The notes below the pieces were generated by a model, which searched no databases, had not been told where the DNA came from, and worked only from the letters and a program-made list of their open reading frames with translations. Positions 13,282 through 23,428 of a stretch of 64,000 nucleotides of DNA are shown piece after piece. The DNA comes from an uncultured delta proteobacterium (GTDB lineage Bacteria > Desulfobacterota > WTBG01 > CAIYCZ01 > CAIRTM01), in the NCBI GenBank assembly GCA_963804955.1, contig CAWDSQ010000030.1, positions 160,001-224,000 on the forward strand, read 5' to 3'. The translations under genes and the position numbers were made by a program. Each line of letters starts with the position of its first letter. Within the stretch, counting starts at the first letter, position 1.

Positions 13282-14423
13282 GTGGAAAAGAAATCGGGAT
13301 TGTACAGACACAGTTTGCCACTGTTGCCGATGAGCTTGTGCTTGAAAGCGGCGAGAGGCTCGGGCCGGTGACGCTTGCCTATGAAACCTATGGCGAGCTG
13401 AATGCCGAGCAGGTCAAATGCCGTGCTCATCTGTCATGCGCTGTCAGGGGATGCCCATGTTGCAGGCTATCACAAGGGTGAGAAAAAACCCGGGTGGTGG
13501 GATGACATGGTCGGGCCGGGCAGGGCATTTGATACGGACAAGTATTATGTCATCTGCTCAAATGTTCTGGGCGGCTGCAAGGGCTCGACCGGGCCGGGCT
13601 TCGTGAATCCGAAGACCGGACAGCCCTATGGTCTAACATTCCCCCTGATCACCATCGGCGATATGGTGAAAGCCCAGCAGCTGCTCATACAGCAGCTGGG
13701 CATAGATAAGCTGTGCTCGGTTGCCGGCGGGTCCATGGGCGGGATGCAGGCCCTTGAATGGCTCAGAAGCGCGCCCGGCAAACTGGAGAGCGCAATTCTT
13801 GTGGCAACGGCTGCCATGCATTCGCCGCAGCAGATTGCTTTCAACGAGGTGGGCAGGCAGGCTATTATGGCTGACTCTCACTGGCAGGACGGCAACTATT
13901 ACGGCAGGGACGCGCGCCCTCGAAAGGTCTGGCTGTGGCGCGATGGTAGGCCATATCACCTATATGAGCGAAGCATCGATGCTTGATAAGTTCGGCAGGC
14001 AGCAGAAGAATGAAAAGCAGCCCTTTAAGTTTACCGCCGACTTTGAAGTCGAGGGCTATCTGCAAAATAAGGGCGACAGCTTTGTGAAGCGCTTTGATGC
14101 AAACTCCTATCTGTATATTACCAAGGCCATGGATTTTTTTGACCTGACCGAAGAGAAGCCCCTGCATGAAGTGTTTACGGGGCTTGACGCCAAGCTGCTG
14201 GTCATAGCCTTCAGATCGGACTGGCTGTACCCGGTCTGGCAGTCGCAGGAGATTGTAAAAGCGTGCAAAATCGCCGGTGTGAATGCAACGTACTGCGAAA
14301 TAGATTCAACCTACGGCCATGATGCTTTTCTGCTTGAGACCCGAGCAGGAGGCGCATCTTGTCTCGCATTTTTTAAAAAGGGTTTCAAACGGATACGATG
14401 TGACGGATGCCTATGAAATATGA
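13282..14423 (+). CDS. metX: Homoserine O-acetyltransferase, frameshifted
   Basis: [53 protein letters not shown] and YGHDAFL. Start approximate. Confidence 0.9.
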
Positions 14424-15022
14424 TTCAGTGCCGCTTGATCATAGAATAATTCTTAGGCCTGGTGCAGCAGGGGGCATCCGTGCTCGATCTCGGGTGCGGC
14501 ACGGGTGAGCTTCTGTATCTGCTTGCCAGAGAAAAAAAGGCGCGGTGCCAGGGCATTGAAATAGACGATCAGGCGATTTATGACTGCGTTGCCCGGGGCC
14601 TGTGCGTTTTCCATGGCGATATTGACACCGGCCTTGCCGACTATGGCGACAAATCATTTGATTATGTCATTTTGAATCAGAGCCTGCAGCAGGTTCGAAA
14701 GATTGAAGCGGTTCTCAAAGACTCGCTGCGCGTCGGGAAAAAAGTCATTATCGGTTTTCCGAATTTCGCCTGCTACAAATCCCGGGCGCAGATATTTTTT
14801 CAGGGCAGAACGCCGGTGACGCCGTCGCTGCCCTATGAATGGTATGACACGCCGAATCTGCATTTTTTGAGCATGTATGATTTTATCGGCTACTGCGGCA
14901 GGAAGGGCATAATAATCGAAGAGGAATTCTTTTTAACTAATAAAATAACATTAAAGTTTCTGCCGAATCTGTTTGCGCAGATCGGCCTTTTTTTGATTTC
15001 AAAAAACGGGCTTTGTGATTAA
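14413..15022 (+). CDS. metW: Methionine biosynthesis protein MetW
   Basis: VLDLGCGTG, FDYVILNQSLQ, LPYEWYDTPNLHF; follows metX; frameshift near the 5' end. Confidence 0.9.
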
Positions 15023-15080
15023 TGCCGGTAAAGGCTTTTTGGTAGAGCCGGCCTGAAAAAAAATGACACGGGTAAATGTA

Positions 15081-15128
15081 TTGACAATTAGATCAATTAA
15101 CCCTACATTATCTATAGATTACTAGATT
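15081..15128 (+). promoter_or_regulatory. sigma70 promoter of the Rrf2 gene overlapped by the third operator copy (autoregulation)
   Basis: TTGACA (15081-15086), 17 bp, TACATT (15104-15109); ACCCTACA-N5-TATAGATT followed by TAGATT. Confidence 0.7.
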
Positions 15129-15141
15129 GAAGGGTTTTCCT

Positions 15142-15584
15142 ATGAAACTTGTCAACAAAAGGTCGTTATGGTACGCGTGCAATGTTAGACATTGCTTTGA
15201 ACAAAGAAAAGGGTCCGTGCGTGATGAAGGATATATCGGCGCGGCAGGATATATCGCCGAAATATCTCGACCATATCCTGTCTGCTCTGCGCAGAGCCGG
15301 ACTTATTAAAAATATTCGCGGTAAGGGAGGCGGCTATATTCTTGCCCGGCCTGCCTCGGCAATTACACTCAAGGATATTATTGAAGCGGTGGAAGGCTCT
15401 CTTAGCTCCGGTTGAATGCGTTGACAATCCTGCTCTGTGCGACCGCAGCGCATCTTGTCCTACCATCGAGGTGTGGCGCAATGTGCGCGATGCCGTGGAG
15501 GGCGTGCTTGCCGCCACAACGCTTGAAAGCCTCGTGGAGCTGCAGAAGAAAAAAGAGCCATCGGCGCTGCAGTATGTAATTTAG
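15142..15584 (+). CDS. Rrf2-family transcriptional regulator (CymR/IscR-like), frameshifted
   Basis: STKGRYGTRAMLDIA, ISPKYLDHILSALRRAGLI..RGKGGGYILAR, then VECVDNPALCDRSASCPT with three Cys. Confidence 0.9.
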
Positions 15585-15724
15585 AAGAGGTGGAAGTCAG
15601 AAGCCAGAAGGTCAGAAGAGACATATAGGATTCGAGAACTTTATTTGTTTTTTTAGACAATCAGATATGAAATGGTTTAGTTGTTTTTTTGCTTCTGAAT
15701 TCTGACTACTGAATTCTGGATTCT
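15584..15724. repeat. Degenerate heptamer tracts in inverted orientation (CAGAAG-rich, then TTCTGA-rich)
   Basis: gtcagaagccagaaggtcagaag at ~15596-15618 and ttctgaattctgactactgaattctggattct at ~15693-15724. Confidence 0.6.
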
Positions 15725-15797
15725 ATTTTAACAGTACCCACATAACCATGTTCGCGGTTAAAGCCGCGCCTGAAGCAACTTTTACGCAACTGGGAGG

Positions 15798-16770
15798 ATG
15801 GAAAGTATGTCCCGAATATATATCGATAATGCTCAGTCAATCGGCAATACGCCCCTTGTCCGGCTGAACCGGATTGCCGAGGGTGTGAAGGCCGCTGCCG
15901 TGCTCGGGAAGGTTGAAGGCCGCAACCCGGCTTATTCGGTGAAATGCCGTATCGGTGCGGCCATGATCTGGGATGCCGAAGAGAAAGGCTTTCTGAAGCC
16001 CGGGGTTGAAATCGTCGAGCCCACGAGCGGCAATACGGGCATTGCCCTGGCATATGTGGCGGCAGCCCGGGGCTATAAGCTTACACTGACCATGCCGGAA
16101 ACCATGAGCCTCGAGCGCCGCCGGGTGCTTAGCCGCCTTCGGGGCGAATATTGTGCTGACCCCGGGCTCCGAGGGCATGAGCGGATCGATACGCCGGGCC
16201 GAAGAAATGGCAGCTTCCGACCCGAAGAGATACTTTCTGCCGCAGCAGTTCAAAAATCCGGCCAATCCCGCTATTCATGAAAAAACCACAGGGCCTGAAA
16301 TCTGGAATGATACGGACGGGGCAGTGGATGTGGTCGTGTCCGGCGTGGGCACCGGCGGCACCATAACCGGCATATCCCGCTTTATCAAAAACACGAAGGG
16401 CAAAAAGATTATCTCAGTTGCTGTCGAGCCTGCGGAGAGCCCGGTCATTAGCCAGAAGCTTGCCGGCCAGCCCCTCAAGCCCGCGCCCCATAAGATTCAA
16501 GGCATCGGCGCAGGCTTTATTCCCGACATACTCGATCTGTCTCTTGTTGACCGGGTGGAGAGGGTGGACAGTGCTGAAGCAATCGCAGTGTCGCGGCGGC
16601 TTGCCCTGGATGAAGGCATGCTGAGCGGCATATCAAGCGGCGCGGCAGTGGCTGCGGCCCTGCGCCTTGCGCGGCTGGATGAGTTTGCGGGCAAGACATT
16701 TGTGGTCATTCTGCCCGATGCAGGCGAGCGCTATCTTTCAACGGTTTTATTCGAGGGCATCGGCGCCTGA
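15798..16770 (+). CDS. cysK: Cysteine synthase A, second copy (frameshift near 16135)
   Basis: [33 protein letters not shown] and [10 protein letters not shown]. Confidence 0.93.
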
Positions 16771-16799
16771 TGCTTTATAAAAAACAACTGCTGCAAAAT

Positions 16800-16860
16800 C
16801 CGTTCGCCCTGAGCTTGTCGAAGCGCACCATGTATGGTTCGACCGGCTCACCACGAACGG
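16800..16860. repeat. REP-like imperfect palindrome
   Basis: CCGTTCG..TGAGC..GTCGAA / TTCGAC..GCTCA..CGAACGG nested inverted repeats. Confidence 0.7.
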
Positions 16861-16980
16861 CTGATGAATAGCACTGAATTTTACATGCTCTAAAGGCATC
16901 TAGAGCGAAGGCCCGTGCCGGCGGCAGTTGGGCAGCCGGAAGCGGGCAACGGATAATGTCACAGATAAGTGGAGTGCTCT

Positions 16981-18189
16981 ATGTCAAAGACAATTCAGGA
17001 AATCAACGAAAAGATCAAAAAGGGCTCAGCCGTTGTGGTGACAGCCGAGGAGATCATCGACATTGTGCATAAAAAAGGCGCTAAAAAGGCGGCCGCCGAA
17101 GTCGATGTCGTGACAACGGGCACCTTCGGCCCCATGTGTTCATCAGGGGCCTACTTTAACCTGGGCCATACCAAGCCGCGAATAAAGATCGGCGGCGGCA
17201 CCTGCACCTTAAACGATGTGCCCTGCTATACCGGGCTTGCCGCGGTTGACGTCATTCTGGGCGCCACCGCCATGCCTGACTATGATCAGCGCAATGCATC
17301 CTATCCGGGCTCGTTCAAATACGGCGGCGCTCATGTGATCGAGGATCTTGTGGCAGGCAAAGCGGTGAAGCTTTCGGCAACGGCCTATGGCACCGACTGC
17401 TATCCGAGCAAAAGCGTCGAGACGATGGTCTACCTTGCCGACATGAACGAAGCCGTGCTTTTCGACCCGCGCAATTGCTATCAGAACTACAATGTGGCGG
17501 TTAACTGCTCGGATAAGGTTATCTATACCTACATGGGGCGCCTGCTGCCGCGCATCGGCAATGCCAACTACTGCAGCGCGGGCCAGCTTTCTCCGCTGCT
17601 CAACGATCCGCTGTACAAAACCATCGGCATCGGCACGCGCATATTTCTCGGCGGCGGCCAGGGCTATGTTTCCTGGCAGGGAACGCAGCACAACCCCACT
17701 GTCAAGCGCAGCGACAATGGCGTGCCGCGCATGGGCTCGGGCACGCTTGCCGTTATGGGCGATCTCAAGCAGATGAGCCCCGAGTGGCTGCGCGGCGCGA
17801 GCATGACAGGCTACGGCGTCACGCTCACCGTGGGCATCGGCGTGCCCATACCGATTCTCAATGAGGAAATCGTCCAGTATACCGCCGTGCGCGACGAGGA
17901 GATTTTTGCGCAGGTCATCGACTACAGCAAAAACTATCCCGAGGTGATACCGGGCAGTGTTGCCGAGGTGAACTATGCGCAGCTCAAGACCGGCTCCATC
18001 ACCCTTGAGGGCAGGCAGGTCCCGACGGGCGGCCTTTCAAGCTATGTGTGCGCTCAAAAAATAGCCGCAACGCTCAAGCAGTGGATTGCCGATAAGAAGT
18101 TTTATCTGAGCGAGCCTGCAGCGCTGCTGCCGTCGGTCGACTCCGGCGTCAGCGTCAAGCTCATGGCCGACCGGCCCGTAAAGAAATAA
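16981..18189 (+). CDS. Homocysteine biosynthesis protein (DUF39 / MA1821-like aspartate-semialdehyde sulfurtransferase), no CBS domains
   Basis: KTIQEINEKI..VDVVTTGTFGPMCSSGA, YGTDCYP, PRNCYQNY, GQLSPLLNDP and GTQHNP; adjacent to a NIL-ferredoxin. Confidence 0.85.
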   Translation: MSKTIQEINEKIKKGSAVVVTAEEIIDIVHKKGAKKAAAEVDVVTTGTFGPMCSSGAYFNLGHTKPRIKIGGGTCTLNDVPCYTGLAAVDVILGATAMPDYDQRNASYPGSFKYGGAHVIEDLVAGKAVKLSATAYGTDCYPSKSVETMVYLADMNEAVLFDPRNCYQNYNVAVNCSDKVIYTYMGRLLPRIGNANYCSAGQLSPLLNDPLYKTIGIGTRIFLGGGQGYVSWQGTQHNPTVKRSDNGVPRMGSGTLAVMGDLKQMSPEWLRGASMTGYGVTLTVGIGVPIPILNEEIVQYTAVRDEEIFAQVIDYSKNYPEVIPGSVAEVNYAQLKTGSITLEGRQVPTGGLSSYVCAQKIAATLKQWIADKKFYLSEPAALLPSVDSGVSVKLMADRPVKK

Positions 18190-18216
18190 CCCTGTTTTTA
18201 ACCGGAGGAATCCGTT

Positions 18217-18624
18217 ATGCCGAAAAAAAGAGTAGTACTCACATTTCCGCCCACGCTGGTGAGCCAGCCCGTTACCTATCACCTGGTGAAGGATTATGAC
18301 CTTATGGTCAATATCCTGCGCGGCGTCGTGACCCCCAATGAAGAAAGCGGCCTTGTGGTTGAGCTGTCGGGGGCCAAGCATGCCCTTGAAGAGGGCATGA
18401 AGTATCTGAGCGATACCGGCATTCATGTGCAGCCCCTGGGGCAGGATATCAAGTGGCATGCAGACAAGTGCACGCACTGCACGGCCTGCATCCCGGCATG
18501 CCCCACGCAGGCCCTTGCCGTTGACCGCGAGAGCATGGAAGTGTCCTTTGAGAAGGATAAATGCATTGCCTGCGAGCTGTGTATTCAGATATGCCCCTAC
18601 AGGGCTGTTGAGATACAGTTTTAA
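18217..18624 (+). CDS. NIL domain-[4Fe-4S] ferredoxin (MA1822-like)
   Basis: QPVTYHLVKDYDLMVNILRG NIL motif; CTHCTACIPACP and CIACELCIQICP. Confidence 0.88.
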   Translation: MPKKRVVLTFPPTLVSQPVTYHLVKDYDLMVNILRGVVTPNEESGLVVELSGAKHALEEGMKYLSDTGIHVQPLGQDIKWHADKCTHCTACIPACPTQALAVDRESMEVSFEKDKCIACELCIQICPYRAVEIQF

Positions 18625-18628
18625 GCAG

Positions 18629-18685
18629 CGGGCGGGGTTTATCCCCGCCCATTGCATGATCAAGCGGTGCGCACAGCGCACCCTG
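18629..18685. repeat. Two short REP-like hairpins
   Basis: GGGCGGGG-TTTAT-CCCCGCCC and GGTGCGC-ACA-GCGCACC. Confidence 0.55.
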
Positions 18686-18717
18686 TCATTTTTTATGTAC
18701 CGGAGGCATAATCCCCC

Positions 18718-19628
18718 ATGTCCGACCAGCAGCTGATTGAAAAAATTGAGGCCTTGAAGGCCGATCGCAATGCCATCATTCTTGCCCATAACTATCAGCG
18801 CGATGAGGTTCAGGACCTTGCCGATTATACGGGCGATTCTCTTGGACTCAGCATACGCGCCGCCCAAACCGATGCCGATGTGATCGTTTTCTGCGGCGTG
18901 CACTTCATGGCCGAAACCGCCTCTATTCTTTGCCCGGAAAAAACCGTGCTTATGCCCGACCCTGATGCGGGCTGCCCCATGGCAGACATGATAACAGCCC
19001 TGCAGCTGCGCGATCTGAAGGCGCAGCATCCCGGCGCCGTCGTGGTCACCTATGTCAATTCATCGGCTGAGGTCAAGGCTGAGACCGATGTGTGCTGCAC
19101 ATCGTCAAACGCGGTGAAGGTCGTGCAGTCGCTCAAAGACGCGCAAGAGATTATTTTCGTGCCCGACCAGTATCTCGGCTCATTTGTCGCAAAGCAGACC
19201 GGCCGCGAGATGATACTGTGGCAGGGCTACTGCCCCACGCATATGCGCATTACCCCTGAACACATACAGCGCCAGAAGGCCGCCCATCCCGCAGCAGAGG
19301 TGCTCGTGCATCCCGAATGCACGCAGCCCGTGGTGGCTTGCGCCGATTATGCCCTTTCTACCGAAGGCATCTGCCGCAGGGCCCATGAGTCACAGCGGCT
19401 GAGTTTATCATCGGCACGGAACTTGGCGTCATGTACCGCCTGAAGAAAGAAAACCCGGGCAAGACCTTTTACCCGGCAACGGATTTTGCCCTTTGCCCCA
19501 ATATGAAGAAGACCACGCTTGAAAAGATTCTCTGGTGCCTTGAAGGCATGAAGTACGAGGTGCGCGTGCCCGAGGATATTCGCGTGCGCGCCCGCCGTGC
19601 AGTTGACCGCATGGTTGCCATTGTGTAA
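18718..19628 (+). CDS. nadA: Quinolinate synthase, frameshifted
   Basis: [41 protein letters not shown] and CPNMK. Confidence 0.95.
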
Positions 19629-19760
19629 AAAAATTAAAAAATTGAATATTTTATTTTTTTCCTCTTGCGCCCTCCTTAATGTTTGTTATATATAACTATA
19701 CAATTTCTGAAATTTAAACGCTGAGGTTTGAAAAACTGACTGTACATTGATCCACGGAAG

Positions 19761-20891
19761 GTGAATAACCGCGTGAAGCCGCAGTCGGAAACCCAACCGA
19801 TCCATTATAGATACTTTATCAACATGGGGCCGCAGCACCCGAGCACCCACGGCGTGCTGCGCCTGGTGGTGGGGCTCTACGGCGAGTATGTGCTGAGCCT
19901 TGAGCCGGTCATCGGCTACGGGCACCGCATGCAGGAGCTTATGGCCGAGCGGCGCCCCTGGCCCGCATTTCTTCCCAATACCGCCCGCATGGATTATGCC
20001 TGCGGCCTGCCGCATCAGCACTGCTATCTGCTGGCTATCGAGAAAATGCTGGGCATTGCCGTTGCGGAACGCGCCGAATATCTCCGCGTCATCACCACCG
20101 AAATCAACCGCATCGTCAGCCATCTCCTGTGGCTGGGGGCAAATCTGCTTGACCTTGGCGCTTTCACACCGATTCTGTACTGCTTTGACGACCGCGAAAA
20201 TTTTCTCGATATTCTTGAAGATGTAACCGGCTCGCGCCTCACGCACTGCTGGTACCGGGCAGGCGGCGTACTCAATGACGTGCCCGCTGATTTTGCCGAC
20301 CGGCTGCGCGCCGTTGTCAAACGCATGTACGGCCGCTTTGATATATACAAGAATCTCGTCACCGATAATATTATCTTTCAGAAACGCACCAAAGATATCG
20401 GCATCATCACGCCCGACATGGCGCGGCGCTATGGCGCCACGGGGCCGGTGCTGCGCGGCAGCGGCATTGCCTATGATATCCGCAAGAGCCAGCCGTATTC
20501 GATTTACCCGCAGCTTGATTTTGACGTGCCTGTGGGCGAGAAGGGCGACTGCTTTGACCGCTATATCGTGCATATTGAGGAGATGCGCCAGAGCCTGCGC
20601 ATAATCGAGCAGTGCCTGGACCGCCTTCCCGAAGGCGAGATCAGGACGAAGCTGCCAAAGAAGATGGTACTGCCTCCCGGCGACTGCACATTTTCCGTGG
20701 AAGGCGCCCGGGGCGAGGTGACCTATTATCTTGTGGGCGACGGCACCGACATACCGTACCGGCTTAAAGTGCGCGCACCGTGTTTCTCAAACCTGAGCCT
20801 GCTGCCCGAGCTGTGTCAGGACATGCTGCTTGCCGACATGATTGCCACCATGGGAAGCCTTGATCTGGTGATACCGGAGGTGGACAGGTAG
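19761..20891 (+). CDS. nuoD: NADH-quinone oxidoreductase subunit D
   Basis: NMGPQHPSTHGVLRL, RMDY, GPVLRGSG, EGARGE and C-terminal PEVDR; lacks the NiFe CxxC motifs. Confidence 0.92.
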   Translation: MNNRVKPQSETQPIHYRYFINMGPQHPSTHGVLRLVVGLYGEYVLSLEPVIGYGHRMQELMAERRPWPAFLPNTARMDYACGLPHQHCYLLAIEKMLGIAVAERAEYLRVITTEINRIVSHLLWLGANLLDLGAFTPILYCFDDRENFLDILEDVTGSRLTHCWYRAGGVLNDVPADFADRLRAVVKRMYGRFDIYKNLVTDNIIFQKRTKDIGIITPDMARRYGATGPVLRGSGIAYDIRKSQPYSIYPQLDFDVPVGEKGDCFDRYIVHIEEMRQSLRIIEQCLDRLPEGEIRTKLPKKMVLPPGDCTFSVEGARGEVTYYLVGDGTDIPYRLKVRAPCFSNLSLLPELCQDMLLADMIATMGSLDLVIPEVDR

Positions 20892-20897
20892 GATTGT

Positions 20898-21108
20898 TGT
20901 TGGTTTGATTGGTTCAATTGGTTTTGCTGGTTGTATGTGTTGTTTTGAATTGAAGTCAGTGGGGTAGGCTGGTGGGTGAAACCACTCTATTGGTGAGAAT
21001 GAATTACATTTGGTGGATTGCACCCACCCTGACATAATTAATAATGAAACACATTGAACCAATCAATTTAACCAATTCAGCTAATTCAACTAATTCAACC
21101 AATCAAAC
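20898..21108. repeat. Inverted nonamer-repeat tracts enclosing a REP-like doublet
   Basis: GTTTGATTGGTT (20903-20914) is the reverse complement of AACCAATCAAAC (21097-21108); AATTCAAC(T/C)-type tandem units; internal GGTGGGTG / CACCCACC. Confidence 0.7.
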
Positions 21109-21116
21109 ATATTTAA

Positions 21117-22104
21117 ATGGATTTATTAAACAACATACCGCCCCATCTTTTCCGCATGATCATAGCCGTGGCCGTGGTGATCGGGTTTGTGTTTGCCAAT
21201 GCCACGGTCATGGGCTATCTCGAGCGCAAGCTTGCCGGCCGCTTTCAGCGCAGGCTCGGGCCCATGGAGGTGGGGTGGCACGGCATACTGCAGATGCCTG
21301 TCGACGGCATCAAGCTCATAGCCAAACAGCTTATCGTGCCCGACAATGTGGCAGGCGTGCTTTTTTATGCCGCCCCGATCATAGCGCTGGCGCCCGTGGC
21401 CCTGCCGTTTCTTGTTATTCCCTTTGCCCCCGGCCTTCAGGTGATCGACCTTGATGTGGGCGTCATATTCCTTCTTACCATGATTTCCTTTAACACAGTT
21501 GCCGTTTTTCTTGCGGGATGGAGTTCCAATAACAACTATGCCATGATCGGAGCCATGCGCGCGGTGGCGCAGAATATTTCCTATGAAATTCCGATACTGC
21601 TGTCCGTGCTGGCCATTGCTCTCATGACCAATACGTTCAGCATGAAGGCAATCATTGAAGCGCAGAAGAGCATCTGGTTTATTATTGTTCAGCCCGCGGC
21701 TTTTATCATGATGTTTATCTGCGCTATCGCCGAGACAAACCGGGCGCCCTTTGATCTGGCCGAGGGGGAAAGCGAACTGACCGCCGGCTTTCATACCGAG
21801 TACAGCGGCATTGCCTTCAGCACTGTTCATGATTGCCGAATATACCTATATGTTTGTGAACTGCTGCCTGGTAACAGCACTTTTTCTCGGCGGGTGGAAG
21901 GGCATACCGCTCCCCTTTGGCGAGTACAGCTCCTGCATCTGGTTTTTTGCCAAGGTGTATTTCCTGATGTTTGTCATTGTCTGGTGCCGCTGGACATATC
22001 CCCGCGTGCGTTTTGATCAGCTTATGAATTTTTCCTGGAAGTATCTTATACCGCTGTCACTGGTAAATCTTCTCGTAACAGCCATACTGGTGAAGCTGCT
22101 GTGA
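21117..22104 (+). CDS. nuoH: NADH-quinone oxidoreductase subunit H (frameshift near 21820)
   Basis: [38 protein letters not shown] and PRVRFDQLM. Confidence 0.93.
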
Positions 22105-22568
22105 AAAAGTACTTTAGCGAACTGCTAACCGGGGCACAAAGCCTTATTGCCGGCTTTGCCGTGACGCTCAAGGCGCTGCTGTCGCCCGTGGTAACGGTTC
22201 AGTACCCGCGTGAAAAGCTTCCCGTGGGGAAAGGCTACAGGGGCCACCCGCACCTGGTAATGGATGAAACAGGCCGGCCAAAATGCATCGCCTGCGGCAG
22301 CTGCATGCGCCTGTGCCCGTCGCAGTGCTTTACGGTGCAGGGTGAGAAAAAGGAAGGGGATAAACGAAAATACCCGACGGTGTTTCAGGTGGATTTTACC
22401 CGATGCAGCCTGTGCGGCACCTGCAGCGAGGTATGCCCGGTGGCGGCAATTGAATATTCTGATGTATACGGAATTGCGGGATTTACCCGTGAGGAGTTTG
22501 TGTATGATTTGCTGGCTGATGTGCCCGGCCTTGTAGAGACAGGTTTCAAACCTGTCTCTGCGGATTAA
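22101..22568 (+). CDS. nuoI: NADH-quinone oxidoreductase subunit I
   Basis: [21 protein letters not shown] and [12 protein letters not shown]. Confidence 0.92.
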   Translation: MKKYFSELLTGAQSLIAGFAVTLKALLSPVVTVQYPREKLPVGKGYRGHPHLVMDETGRPKCIACGSCMRLCPSQCFTVQGEKKEGDKRKYPTVFQVDFTRCSLCGTCSEVCPVAAIEYSDVYGIAGFTREEFVYDLLADVPGLVETGFKPVSAD

Positions 22569-22595
22569 AAACACCGAGTAGGCGATATAAATATA

Positions 22596-23123
22596 ATGCA
22601 TTTTTATCAAATAATTTCTGAGATCATTTTCTGGCTGCTGGTGCTTATCACCATGGGCGGCGGTTTTGTTGCCATCGGCGCGCGCATGCTCATCTATTCG
22701 CTGCTGGGCCTCTCAATAACATTCCTTGGCGTTGCGGGCCTGTATATCTATCTCGGGAGCTTATTTGTTTCCCTGCTGCAGGTGCTTATTTACGGCGGAG
22801 CCATCTGCATAGTTCTGGTGTTTGGTATCATGGTCGGTTACACGCCGCGCCAGATTGTTGAAACGCGCATCAGGAGCGAGAACCTGCTGCTGGCCGTTCC
22901 GACCTGCGGGCTGGGCGTAGCTCTTTTATTTTTTGCCATCCGGCGCACAGGCTGGTTCCCGGCGGCGCAGCGTCTTACTGATTATTCTATTGAACGGGTA
23001 GGGCATACCCTTTTGTATGATTTTTGTCTCGGCTTTGAGCTTATCTCGCTGCTGCTGCTTGTGGGGATGATCGGCGCAATTATTGTCTCCAACAGTCAGG
23101 AGGATGAATCCGATGGGGAGTGA
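22596..23123 (+). CDS. nuoJ: NADH-quinone oxidoreductase subunit J
   Basis: QVLIYGGAI and FELISLLLLVGMIGAI. Confidence 0.9.
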   Translation: MHFYQIISEIIFWLLVLITMGGGFVAIGARMLIYSLLGLSITFLGVAGLYIYLGSLFVSLLQVLIYGGAICIVLVFGIMVGYTPRQIVETRIRSENLLLAVPTCGLGVALLFFAIRRTGWFPAAQRLTDYSIERVGHTLLYDFCLGFELISLLLLVGMIGAIIVSNSQEDESDGE

Positions 23124-23427
23124 GAGCCTGAATACCTATCTGCTTGTTGCAGGCTTTCTGCTGGTGGCCGGCATCTACGGCATGGTTCAGAAGCGCTCGT
23201 TTATAGGCATGCTGATATCAATAGAGCTGATTTTGAACGGAGCGGGCCTCAATGTCATGGCCCTGAACCGTTTTCTTGCGCCCGACCCTGCCGTGGGGCA
23301 GGTGATAACTCTTTTTATTATGGGCATCGCCGCTACCGAAGCGGCTATCGGCGTTAGCTTTATACTTGCGGTCTATAAGAAATTCAGGACCATCGATCCC
23401 AGCAGAATATTTACGATGAAACGGTAA
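23113..23427 (+). CDS. nuoK: NADH-quinone oxidoreductase subunit K
   Basis: MLISIELILNG and IAATEAAIG. Confidence 0.92.
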   Translation: MGSESLNTYLLVAGFLLVAGIYGMVQKRSFIGMLISIELILNGAGLNVMALNRFLAPDPAVGQVITLFIMGIAATEAAIGVSFILAVYKKFRTIDPSRIFTMKR

Positions 23428-23428
23428 T

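Noticed and set aside
16887..16906. Fourth Rrf2 operator (GCTCTA-N8-TAGAGC) before the DUF39 gene
   Set aside because: Spacing is 8 rather than 9, there is no trailing TAGATT, and the left half coincides with the MITE-like terminal 12-mer.
19761..20891. Group 4 [NiFe]-hydrogenase large subunit
   Set aside because: No N- or C-terminal CxxC; it has NuoD-type RMDY and EVDR instead.
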